A stretch of 64,000 nt of DNA from Bugula neritina (lineage: Eukaryota > Animalia > Bryozoa). This document shows positions 1 through 27,117 of this stretch, in pieces. The stretch spans positions 5,632,722 to 5,696,721 of the forward strand of contig OZ037766.1 in NCBI GenBank assembly GCA_964035545.1. Direction: 5' to 3'. Both the position numbers and the translations under genes were made by a program. Numbering within the stretch: position 1 is the stretch's first letter; each line of letters opens with the position of its first letter. A model generated the notes under the pieces. That model did not search any database. It was given only the letters and a program-made list of their open reading frames with translations, and had not been told where the DNA came from.

Positions 1-169
1 TAGTTTGCTGTTACTCTATCAGTGTCTAAATATTCATTGAGTCTTTTATAAACCAACAAAACAAAATCCTGTAATTGTTGCTAACTCAGCATAATTATAC
101 AAGCAGCCGACGTGTTTACAATTTTCATGTAATAGCAATTTTTATTAACTTGTATTTTATTTATTGTAG

Positions 170-3100
170 TCATTCTCAACCCTGGCTCACGAGGCGTTGT
201 TTCACTCAGCTGTATTGGGTGTCAGATCTGTGTTTACAGATCATTCTTTATTTGGGTTTGCAGATCTCAGTTCTATACTTACAAATAACGTCCTCAAGTT
301 CTCTCTCAACAGTATCAACCACACTATTTGTGTTTCCAACACTGCGTAAGTTTATTCAATCTTATGCTGTTTGTTACTGATACAATTTTTATTTTCAAGT
401 GTAAACAGCATAATGAGTTCTCTAATATTACAGAAGGGAGAATACAGTACTAAGATCTCATCAACATCCAAAGCATGTCTCTGTTATCCCCAATGCTATT
501 GATGCATCTCAGTTCCGTCCTGATCCTGCCTTTCGCAGCAAAGATAAAAGTGTGTTACCAGGTTTTTTATATTTCATTAACGCATGTTCATATATGTTCA
601 TGCTTTTACTAGCATATGTTTACATCTATTTATACTATTACTAGCATATGTTTATATATATTTATCCTATTATTAGCATATGTTCATATATATTCACACT
701 ATTACTAGCATATGTTCTTATATATTCATCCTATTACTAACACATGTTCATATATATTCATACTATTACTAGCATATATTAATATATATTCATAGTATTA
801 TCAACACATATTGATACTGTTGCTCCCTTGAGTTTATAACAAATACTATTATGCTTATTTTTCCTAAGAAACAACATTTTTATGCATTAGTCTTTAGCTG
901 ATGCGTAGAAAAACCAGAATACATTGTTTCATGCACATAAAGTTTAGTCTAAAAGTCTATCAATTTCTTCTAGTAGTTATTTGGCAATGCTTTTTCAATT
1001 CAATCATTAAGCTATTGAAAGGAACCTGCGCTCTTTGCTTGCAGTAGTTATAGTGGTGATGAGTAGATTGGTGTACAGACGGGGCACTGATCTCTTAGTT
1101 GATATCATTCCATACATCTGTGAGAAGTATCCACAAGTTGAGTTCCTCATAGGTATGCTGTCAATGTTGGTGTACTTCTCCTAGGTATGCTATTGTTGGT
1201 GAACTTTTGATAGGTATGCTATTGTTGGTGCACTTTTGATAGGTATGCTATTACTGCTGTACATCCTATAAGTGTGCTATTTTTACTGCTATTTTTCTTA
1301 GGTATACTATTGTTGGTGTACGTATCATGTAACGTAAGCTTGGCCAAATCTGAGTCATATAAAAATAGATACTGGTAAACCTATGCTAGTCAAACGGCAA
1401 ACCTTCTGTTTATGTGTCATTTTTAGATGTTTGAGAAATTTAAACACTCTTCATCTATTCATTTTAATTTATAAGAGATGAGTAGGTTCATTCACTGCTA
1501 GGATGAATTTTGTAACAAAGTTCTGAATGATTATGATATTTAGGTGGGGACGGTGACAAGAGAGTCCTTCTGGAGCAGATTAGAGAGCAGCATAGTCTAC
1601 ACAGCAGAGTTAAACTGCTTGGCATGGTGAAACATGAACATGTTAGACAGGTATTTCTGTACTTTACTTTGAGAGAAATCTGTATTATATTATACAATAA
1701 CAGATACTGCTGTGTGATGATAAAAATATGATTTCATTAGCTGCTAGTAGTTTAACTAATTTATTGAGTCGGTTTTGTTATTGTTCCACTAGCATGTGAT
1801 TTACAAAGTTACAATCTATTGCTGGTGGTGGGACTAGATCGAATTAAAGAGTCACTGATTTTGAGTAGAAATAACTTTGCCTTTGAGTTTTTGAAACTAT
1901 TATTTATAGGAATTGAAGCTCATAATCTTAGGCTAAAAATTAACTAAGAATTCTTAGGCTTTTCTTTTATTAGAGAAACTTGAAATTATTTTTTGCTAAT
2001 TTTTTTCACTCAATCAATTTAGCTAGAAGTCAATTAAAAAAAGTGTTGAGAATTTTGTAGAAAGTTATGTATACTGTCTAGAGAGAGTTGATACAGTAAA
2101 GGGAGTTGATACAGTGATGCTGTGCTTCTAGGTCATGGTTCAAGGTCATATATTTGTCAACACTTCACTGACTGAGTCATTCTGTATAACCATTGTGGAG
2201 GCTGCGTCCTGTGGCCTTAAGGTGGTTACAACTAACGTAGGGGGAGTTCCAGAGGTGTTGCCCCCAGATATGGTTAAACTAGCTAGTCCCAACGCTGAAT
2301 GTAAGTACTACAGGCTACATTGATTAGCTGATTTTTACTCAACATTGCGCTTTAATTTGTTTAAAAGATAAATTTTGTGTAATTTGTGTTGGTTTTGTTG
2401 ACATTTTACGATAGTTCTCATCAGGTGAGTAGTGCTGGGCTGGTTAGTTGTTCTCATCAGGTGAGTAGTGCTGGGCTGGTTAGTTGTTCTCATCAGGTAA
2501 GTAGTGCTGCACTGGTTAGTTGTTCTCATCAGGTAAGTAGTGCTGGGCTGGTTAGTTATTTTCATCTGGTGAGTAGTGCTGCACTGGTTAGTTATTCTCA
2601 TCAATTGAGTAGTGCCGGGCTGGTTAGTTGTTCTCATTAGGTGAGTAGTGCTGGGCTGGTTAATTGCTTCTCGTGTTTACAAACTGATTTGTTGAACTTT
2701 TAGCCTTAGCCCAATCAGTAGAGGAAGCCATTATAGAGCAGCAAAATGATGTTGGCCTGTCACCGTGGCAACTACATAATAAGATAAAGAACATCTACAC
2801 GTGGAGTGACATTGCACGCAGAACAGAGATAGTATACAACACAATTAGTAAACAGGATGTCATAACTCCTCAGGATAGAATGAATAAGTGAGTCTACAAC
2901 TTGAAAACTTTTATGTAAACCGTGACTTGTTGATGGCATTCTTTATTTTAATTTGCTAAACATTAAATCTATTTATTCTTCAAAACTTGAATTTTATTAT
3001 TCAAATTTTTAACTTGCAGGTTTTGGAATTTAGGATATGTTTTTGGTAAAGTAATCATCGCTGCCTTAGTTCTGATAATGGTGTACAACAGAATCCTGGA

Positions 3101-3296
3101 GTGGTGGAGGCCTGCCACCGCTATAGACAGATGCATCTATACTTACAAATCACCCAGCAGTTCTAGTCAATATCAAGAGTCTGCCAGTATTCCTGGTGTT
3201 TCTAACAAAGAGGAATGTGGCATTGCAACAGCAGACCTGTCTAACAGCACAGTTACTCCCCGCAGAAGCACACGTCTTAAACTAAAATCACTGTGA
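170..3296 (+). CDS. PIGA: Phosphatidylinositol N-acetylglucosaminyltransferase subunit A (GT4 family), 3' part; 5' exons lie upstream of the window
   Basis: GT-AG exons 170-345, 434-549 (or 561), 1045-1152, 1544-1650, 2132-2300, 2704-2887 and 3020-3296 splice in frame. They give [64 protein letters not shown] and [35 protein letters not shown] (GT4 EX7E motif), then [11 protein letters not shown] and a hydrophobic C-terminal segment, colinear with PIGA/Gpi3. Stop TGA at 3294-3296. Confidence 0.96.
582..812. repeat. Intronic minisatellite of about 31 bp (tactattactagcatatgttcatatatattca-like), about 7 degenerate copies
   Basis: Recurrent attactagcatatgtt in the PIGA intron. Confidence 0.85.
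1150..1320 (+). repeat. Degenerate tandem repeat of about 29 bp built on the splice donor (TAG|GTATGCTATTGTTGGTG)
   Basis: About 5-6 units of taggtatgcta..ttgttggtg starting at the real donor (1153). Confidence 0.8.
2415..2663 (+). repeat. 36-bp minisatellite, about 7 copies, in a PIGA intron
   Basis: Unit TTCTCATCAGGTGAGTAGTGCTGGGCTGGTTAGTTG. It explains the repetitive ORFs 2335-2637 and 2386-2640. Confidence 0.95.
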
Positions 3297-3554
3297 TGTC
3301 CTTCTTTCACATAGAATAGCCTGTTTTACTTGGCTTTCCATAGTAGCTTGTGTTTTAGGCAATGAAAGAAATAGTTACATTTTGTAGCAACTAATTTATG
3401 ACATTCCATACAATATTTTTCAGTTTAAATTAGAACCTTTTTGATGTTTTTTGTTCTAAAAACTTATTTACTCTGTTTATGTTATCACTTTTTCCTTTCT
3501 TTTTCTGATCATTACTAGCTTTTATTATTAATTTTTAGTATAGCTTGCAGAGAG

Positions 3555-3555
<1 letters not shown>

Positions 3556-3591
<36 letters not shown>

Positions 3592-3596
3592 GCATG

Positions 3597-3631
<35 letters not shown>

Positions 3632-3672
3632 GCATGTATAATATATATATATATATATATATATTTGGCATG

Positions 3673-3727
<55 letters not shown>

Positions 3728-3732
3728 GCATG

Positions 3733-3783
<51 letters not shown>

Positions 3784-3820
3784 GCATGTATAATATATAT
3801 ATATATATATATTTGGCATG

Positions 3821-3867
<47 letters not shown>

Positions 3868-3876
3868 GCATGTATA

Positions 3877-3964
<88 letters not shown>

Positions 3965-3965
3965 A
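3556..3965. repeat. Compound microsatellite: (TA)n tracts separated by 7 copies of TTTGGCATGTATAA
   Basis: Directly visible; source of the YIYIYI ORFs. Confidence 0.97.
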
Positions 3966-5030
3966 TATCATATCATCAAATTATTAAGTGATACATTGTT
4001 TTACTTTTTAATATCAGATAGAACTGCTATAATCCTTCCATTTCTCTTTCCTTTTCGGTGCTATCTTAAATGTTATCCTTCAAATTTGTTCATAATTTGT
4101 ATTCATTTGGTTTTATTTTGTTTAAATGACTTGTAGAAAAACTTTTTTTTAGTTGTGATGTTTTTAAAACATATAATAATAATAAAGGATTTTTTAAATG
4201 AATATATTAACTTGTGTGTTTTTCATTAAAAAATTAGAATATCAAAGTCATTTGTATTAACAAAATTTATGCAAGTCAAATTATATAAAAATATATAAAA
4301 GTTTTTGCAAGAGTTTTCAAAATGTCTGTAGAAATAAGAATATTCAGGCATCATAAAACAAAAAATCAACAATACCCACCTGTTCATCTTTAGTCAGAAT
4401 TTTAGAGAGAAATGTTCATAGGTTTACAACATTTCTAAAAAATATTTTAAATATTAAACTTAAATTACTTAAATAATTACATATTTAAAATTTCATGATG
4501 CCCCCTTGAAAATTGCCCAACACCTACAAATCAACCCTTTTCAACCGTGAACCTTTCCCAGATACAAAAAATTCTCGCAGATTTGAAATCACTAGAATGT
4601 TGATTTTGCGGTGATGTATAGTAACAAAGGTTAGTATAAATGTGTCCACACGCCCATTTTTGCATGTTTGCACTTCCATTATATGTGATATTGTTGATTA
4701 TTTTTGCTTTTATAAGCATCTTGTTAAATTTTAGTTTTTCTATACCCAGAAAATCAGCAGGTTTCTCAAAAAACTTTCAAACCGCCGCCTTTTTTTTCTA
4801 AAAGCATAGAAATTGTATCTGCAGATTTAATAGTATTATATACATATAATTTTCACATATTTTTGGGTTAGGTATATAAATGGTAATTTTGTTTTATGTA
4901 TTCGTACTCATGGTCTTTGGCAGCATTGACCTGGCATAGTACAATTGCATTATCTGACATATTTTCGATTTGATTGCTAACTTACATTGTTGAAATTTTG
5001 TAAGTATTGTTGCAAAATATTTTCTATCAT

Positions 5031-5032
<2 letters not shown>

Positions 5033-5083
<51 letters not shown>
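5033..5083. repeat. (TA)n microsatellite
   Basis: Directly visible. Confidence 0.95.
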
Positions 5084-5084
<1 letters not shown>

Positions 5085-6093
5085 CTATAACTCATATTTT
5101 GAAGATTGTCAAAACTAGACATTGGAAATTATATAGTTTATACAGTTTTATTCAGTTGAATTTTGCAACAAAAACTCTTCAAGTGATGTGAAATAAATTT
5201 AGTAAAATAACTGCATATATTATATGTAACATATTATTTTTATTTGAATAGTTTAAAACAATGAATGTTATATAATAAATATTCAGAACATCATTAAACA
5301 CAAATTAGAAATAGAAACATAGACTTGGTATAATAAGCAGTGCATAGGGGGATAAAATTACACTGACTGTAACACAGTTTTATTCCATATCTGGGAACTT
5401 CTCACAATTGATACAAGTGTGTTGATATGAGAGAAGAAAGTTTCTTCTCTAAGGCAGGATGCATAAGTTGACTTATGCTTCCATAGGAAAGAGAGTGAGT
5501 GTATTGAAGGGTAAAAGGTATGATACTGTGAGATGTGGAGATGCAGTATATTGTGATAATAATAACAACTTAAGTGAGATATTGTGGTCTGTAGTGTATA
5601 GTGAAAAGTATCATTGTATTGCGTAGTGAAAAGTATCGTTGTATTGCGTAGTGGAAAGTATCATTGTATTGCGTAGTTCAGTGTAATGAGTAAGCTGCAT
5701 CAGGAGGATGTTGTGAGGTGAATATCTTCTGTCCTGAAGAATGGCATTTTAAAGATGGAGGTATATCTTAGCAGCATTCTTACATGAGATGGGGGGGGGG
5801 GTAGAGGAACTACTGTAAGCTGGTGTAGAATATACAGACTGGTTTCTCATAGACACTCTCACTAAGGAGTAGTGGTGGTAAGAAGAAACTTGTACTAATT
5901 GGTTGAGGTGATGAGTTGTAGACCAGGTTGAGAATAGTATACAGTATCTACACCGAGGGGCAGTGCTTTGAGTTGGATGACTCAGAGAAGAAGAAGCTGA
6001 ACTTCTGGTTTCTCTTCATGACAGACACACATGAAGTACAGAGAAGAACCACAAGTATTGTAACATACTCAGGGTGTGTGAGTGACATTCTAC

Positions 6094-6659
6094 TTATCCC
6101 AGTAGCCATCCAGCTCCAACTCTCATAGCGTCAAATATTGGCTTCCGGTTTCTAAAAATTAGACAGCCTATTGCTATTGATCCTCCTATGAAGGCAGCCT
6201 TCTTTATACGAGACATGCGTTCTTGTTTTTCTTTAATTTCTAAGGTCAGCAATAAAAATATTGTTAGCCATTAGATTTTAAGCAGTTTTTAGTGAAACAT
6301 GTATAATTATATTTACATGGCTTTATGCAAAGGACTTGAATCGTGCCTTGTTACAAGCAGAGCTATACTTGAGCAAGCTGACTTAAAAGCAACACTTGCA
6401 GGCCGGCATCTTGTTCATTCTACTACTCTCAAGATGTGCTTTATATATTCACAATAATAATAAAATATAATAATAAAAATTTAATTATGAACTTATTCTA
6501 CATATTATATTGTGGCAAAAGGAGAAAGATAATAAAAGTTTAGAAAAAAGGTATGACAAGTAGCAGATTAGTTGAATGATGCAAATTGTATGACAATTAA
6601 GGAATAAAATATTCACACCTACTTCGTTTCTTGGCTTCTTGGGCTTCCAAAACAATCTC
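6094..6659 (-). CDS. Unrecognised small single-TM protein, copy B (last two exons; 5' exon not identified)
   Basis: Exons 6659-6623 (EIVLEAQEAKKR) and 6239-6094 (KIKEKQERMSRIKKAAFIGGSIAIGCLIFRNRKPIFDAMRVGAGWLLG*), with canonical splice sites. Exon lengths and phase match copy A, and synonymous changes exceed replacements. Confidence 0.6.
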
Positions 6660-7119
6660 CTGAAATAGAAAGTTAACAACATAGTAAATGTTTTATTGCA
6701 GATTGTAATTCAAATTGTGATGATTAGTAGATTGGACAAACATGGTTTCATTCACGCAGCTTACGAACCAACACAGACAATGTTGTAGCTTAATTTCATG
6801 ATGTGGCTCAAAATATAAAATTTATAGACTTAGGCCTATATTATACTACCAAGTAAAGTTTATCAATATGACTTAATATTTACATATAAGCCAAAATTGA
6901 TTATTTTAAAAATGAAAATGGACATTTTCACCTTCTTTATTACTTTCCAAACTAGACTTACCAAAGGAGCATTGAAAACGTCTGAGAAATCAGAACTGTC
7001 TGATACAATCACAGTAGAGTGTGGCATTGAAGTCATGTTGGCAGTGAAATGTTTAAATCTGCTGTTTTATGAGTTATAAGAATGAAATCCTGACTATGAA
7101 GTTATAACAGTGAGAAAGC

Positions 7120-7236
7120 AATGATGTCATTAGTTTTGTGGTCAACAATGAAATTTTTTAACAAAATATTTATTGTTGAATGTATTGTTGTATATTAAAA
7201 AAATTCATTGTTGACCACAAAACTAATGACATCATT
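7120..7236. repeat. Hairpin/MITE-like palindrome (arms about 37 bp) at the inner end of the duplication; second copy at 25955-26070
   Basis: AATGATGTCATTAGTTTTGTGGTCAACAATGAA ... TTCATTGTTGACCACAAAACTAATGACATCATT. Confidence 0.9.
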
Positions 7237-8097
7237 TCTTTACAGAGTTAAATATTCATTATATTACATTCATTGTTTTTGATTCTGCAATTAAAGATAT
7301 TGTGTTGTTTATTAAATATATGCAATTCTACTAAATTAACTTTGCTAAACTTTAAGAGTTTTATTTTTTACAAAATTAAAATTGATTAAAGCTGCATTAA
7401 GAATACAGAATTTGCAATAAAGTGCAAGTCTAGCCCTTATATTTTTCAAAAATCTATATAATTTATATAGAGATCAATAATAAAAAATATTGTGCAACAA
7501 TATTAGATAAATCTCTACCTTAGTACTTAAAAAAAATGTGATATAATACATTCACACTGAGAAAAAAAGGAAAATCAATGTTAAAAATATAAACAGAAAA
7601 TGTGTAGAAATGGTTAGACAAGACACTACATTAGTTTACTATTTCTCTGCTTTTAGAAAACAGCAGTACTTAAAAAGTTTGTAGTGTTTGTAAATTTAGC
7701 TCCTGCATACAAAGTGCATTGTGGGTGTGATTTGCATAATAACTATAAATTATATGATAAGTATATAAGAGTGTGTGTGTATAGAATAGATAGTGTGCAT
7801 ACAGGAATATAGAATAGTGTGCATTTGACAAGAAAAGTATATGTATTTGTACGAATAGAAGAGAGTAGGCATTGTGGGAAGAGAGGATATAGATTGATGG
7901 AGTTGTATACTCTAAAAGATAAGCGCTCACCATTATTATAGAACTTAATAAGTAAATGTAAGATTGCCTGAACTTTAACAATATATAGATAAGTGAGTCA
8001 AGGTATCAAGAATCTGCGTATATAAAAAGCTTCTTCTAAACTGGTAGAATCTGATGAGAACGTGACAAGCACTTGCTCCTATGTAATGAGATATAAG

Positions 8098-23632
<15,535 letters not shown>

Positions 23633-25582
23633 CTTTTTGTTCATTCAGTTTTTCGCATACTGAAAACTGCTAAATCAAACAGATGCTTAAATACAGCCTT
23701 GACACATATGAGAGCAAGGACATTCACCTTTCAAGTCTTATTACACCACATAGCTTAAAGCTGTGCCAGCCACCTGTCCTATATAAATGGGATGAAAAAC
23801 ACGGTTTATGGCGAGTTATTGAAATTGAGAAATGATAAATTGCTTATATATAAATATTTCCTGCTGCAGCCCATAACAATTAGTTTAAAATTTATAGAGT
23901 TTTAAATAAAAAACATTAATTCATATCATGCAACAGATGCGTGACATTTTTGAATGGGAATAAAAATAATTTACCTGTGTCACATCTGAAGCACTTACTT
24001 TTCTTAGTTGATAAAAATTCCTCATAATTAGAAGTGGATGATTCAAAGATATGATTCAAATTATATCTTAAAATATATTAGCGAGTGACCTCAAGTGTAT
24101 TCCCAATCATACTGTATTTATTAATTGGGTTTTTTAATTGCTATTTATGTTAAATTTTTGTACCATTTATTATTGTCATTTTAAATGAATTATTCATTGT
24201 TCCTTATCAGATAATGCTGATACTTTTGGACAGTATGCCAAGGGAGCTACATACTTAAGATTGTTAGATAAGTAACAATAAAGGGAGACAAATTCCCAAT
24301 AGTAGATTATCAGCATGAGATATACAATTCTCTCAACAATAAGCACAATAATTATCATGATGCTAAAATGTCAATGAAATACTATAAATATCGCAGTTAA
24401 AGAATCAAAATGCATACAGACTGATCTGTAAAATGATAATATTCTTAATTGCTAATAGTTCATATAAACAATGAAATTTAACTGCAAGGTTTTCATACTA
24501 ATACTATTACTAATGGAGTATAAAAGTCACTTTAATATCAACATGCAGTATACCTAATGGTATAATATGGTTATATAGATATATAGATATATAGTTGTTG
24601 TAGTTGTTAAACACTTTCTATAGACTAGGCTGGCTCAAACATGCACAAAATAAGTGAAAATACTGAATAAGTGTTTGTGACAAAAGATTTCTGTATTTTA
24701 GTAACACGCCAACAGCGCTGTTTATTGCCATCACACAAACTTAAGCTTTTAAGTGTATTACACTATGTATGCTTCAAGTACAATAGAAACTTGATAAATT
24801 ATAAGAGTTGCACAGATATTTCAAAACACACTTAAGTTTGTACTCATTTTATTGATAGGAGTTGTAGCAATGCTTCCGTATCTTTAGCAGTTTGTTTCAC
24901 AGATAGTCTTTCTTGACCGCTTTGTCTCCGATAAAATATGTCTAGACAAGGAACTTGGAACTCTATGAAGCACTTTTATCCAAAGCAGAGAAGCAATTTT
25001 CACTGCTGTTTCCATATTGATGGGATCACAAGCCTTTACGTTAGCAAAGTGGTAGTTGATTGCACTATTTAAAAAGAAACCAAAACTTTCTATTTCACTG
25101 TTTATAAAAGCTTTCTGACAGCTCGCAAGAATTTTGACTAAATGTAGCTGAAGTCAGGACAGATTTTTGTAGTGAAAATCAACTCATATGAAAAGAAATT
25201 GTAAGGTTGGCAAATGGTGTAAACAAATACTCTCTAATTCTGAGATCATAAGTCTTCAATCAAAAAGTTTAATGTAGAAATCAACCCTTATACCCGTGCA
25301 AAGAATAACGTAGCATTTCATGCTCTAGAGAAAAATAGGACACTACATGTTGCAAGAAAGTGTATTTTGTTCACATACCTAAGATAAATAAGGTTTTAGA
25401 TAGTCTGGAGGTATGTTATAAAAACCTTTTAAATATGAAAAATGGAAGTCCAATGCCTTTTCAACCTTTTAATTACCGTAGGGCATAGACTTTAATCAGA
25501 GACTTGATAATGATTTAACCAGCAGCTTTGCACTCAGAGGACCAACTCTCCCTACAGGTCAAGACAGGAGCTGTGCCAAACT

Positions 25583-27117
25583 ATGAAAGACTATTACTTG
25601 GTAAGTTCATAAATATAGAAAAAATTTTCACTTCGACATAGCAATGATTATTATTTGTTATTTTAGAGATACTATCATAAAAATATACTAGAAATCTTGT
25701 ATTTTTGCAAACTATTCTGAAAGAATAGATACTTATGAATTCTTCCAAAAGCTTTTAAACGCTTTTCAAAAGCAATAGGCTTTATTAGCTTTGTAAAAAT
25801 TATTGGTTTCTATTGGAAATGTCTACTTGATTCCTACAGAAACAACAATTTAACAAAATATTATGTAATAGCCAATAACCATCAATTTTCATAACTGAAT
25901 TTTTGAAATGCAAGTTTAAAAACTGCCATAACAGTTTTAATACATTATATTCATAATGATGTCATTAGTTCTGTAGTCAACAATGAATTTTTTAACACGT
26001 AACAATATATTCAACAATAAGTATTTTGTTAAAAAGTTCCATTGTTGACCACAAAACTAATGACATCATTGCCTTCTCATTGTTAGAACTTCATAGTCAG
26101 GATTTCATTCTTATAACTCATAAAACAACGGATTTAAACATTTCACTGCTAACATGACTTCAATGCCACATTCTACTGTGATTGTCTCAGACAGTTCTGA
26201 TTTCTCAGACGTTTTCAATGCTCCTTTGGTAAGTCTAGTCTGGAAAGTAATAAAGAGTGATCTTCATTTTTTAAATAATCAATTTTGGTTTATATGTAAA
26301 TATTAAATCATATCGATTAATTTTACGTGGTAGCATAATATATGTCTATATATGTTTTATATTTTTGAGCCATATCATGAAATTAAGTTACAGCATTGTC
26401 TGAGTTGGTACATAAGCTACGTGAATGAAATCATGTTTGTCCAATTTACTAATCATCCCACTTTGAATTAGAATCTACAATAAAACATTTATTATGTTGT
26501 TAACTTTCTATTTCAGGAGATTGTTTTGGAAGCCCAAGAAGCCAAGAAACAAAGTAGGTGTAAATATTTTATTCTTTATCATACAATCTGCATCATTCAA
26601 CTGCTTTACCTATTGGTAGATTCCTGATCTGTTACTTACCATCCCTTCTTTAGTAATTTTTTTACCTTTATCCTTCTGGAAAGGTAATGTACCTACATGC
26701 AGCTTAAAAAAGTTTGCCATGCAAGTTCATATATTAGCGCCATCAGATTTTACGAATAACAATATAAAACACATCTTGAGATTTGTTAAAGGAAATTCAA
26801 CATGATACCAACAGGTGTTGCTTTTATATCAGCTTGCTTAAGTATAGCTCTGTTTGTAACAAGGCACACTTCAAGTCACTTTGCATAAAACTATGTGAAT
26901 ATAGCTATACATGTTTTACTACAAGATGCTGAAAAACTGCTTGCTAATAGTATTTTTATCTCTGATTTTAGAAATTAAAGAAAAGCAAGAACGTATGTCT
27001 CGCATAAAGAAGGCTGTCTTCATAGGAGGATCAATAGCAATAGGCTGTCTAATTATTAGAAACAGGAAACCAATATTTGATGCTATGAAAGTTGGAGCCA
27101 GATGGCTACTGGGATGA
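25583..27117 (+). CDS. Unrecognised small single-TM protein, copy A (66 aa if ATG 25583 is the start; 5' structure uncertain)
   Basis: Exons 25583-25600 (MKDYYL|GTAAGT), 26517-26553 and 26972-27117 join in frame: MKDYYLEIVLEAQEAKKQKIKEKQERMSRIKKAVFIGGSIAIGCLIIRNRKPIFDAMKVGARWLLG*. The last exon differs from copy B by 7 synonymous changes, a TGA/TAA swap and 4 replacements, with no indels. Confidence 0.65.

Larger units (their letters stand above)
5100..7236 (-). repeat. Left arm of a ~2-kb inverted segmental duplication (partner 25955-~28100)
   Basis: The reverse complement of 5780-7236 aligns with 25955-27420, including both exons, most of the intron and an internal hairpin. Similarity decays outward to about 5100/28100, so the outer limit is approximate. 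Confidence 0.93.

Noticed and set aside
2335-2640. Repetitive ORFs on both strands
   Set aside because: Translations of the 36-bp intronic minisatellite; PIGA splices in frame without them.
3556-3965. CRISPR-like repeat/spacer pattern and the YIYIYI ORFs
   Set aside because: The spacers are pure (TA)n, the context is eukaryotic and there are no cas genes; the ORFs are microsatellite artefacts.
5928-6128. Plus-strand 66-aa ORF in the left arm
   Set aside because: The paralogous position in the right arm has an in-frame TAG; the selection signal is on the opposite strand.
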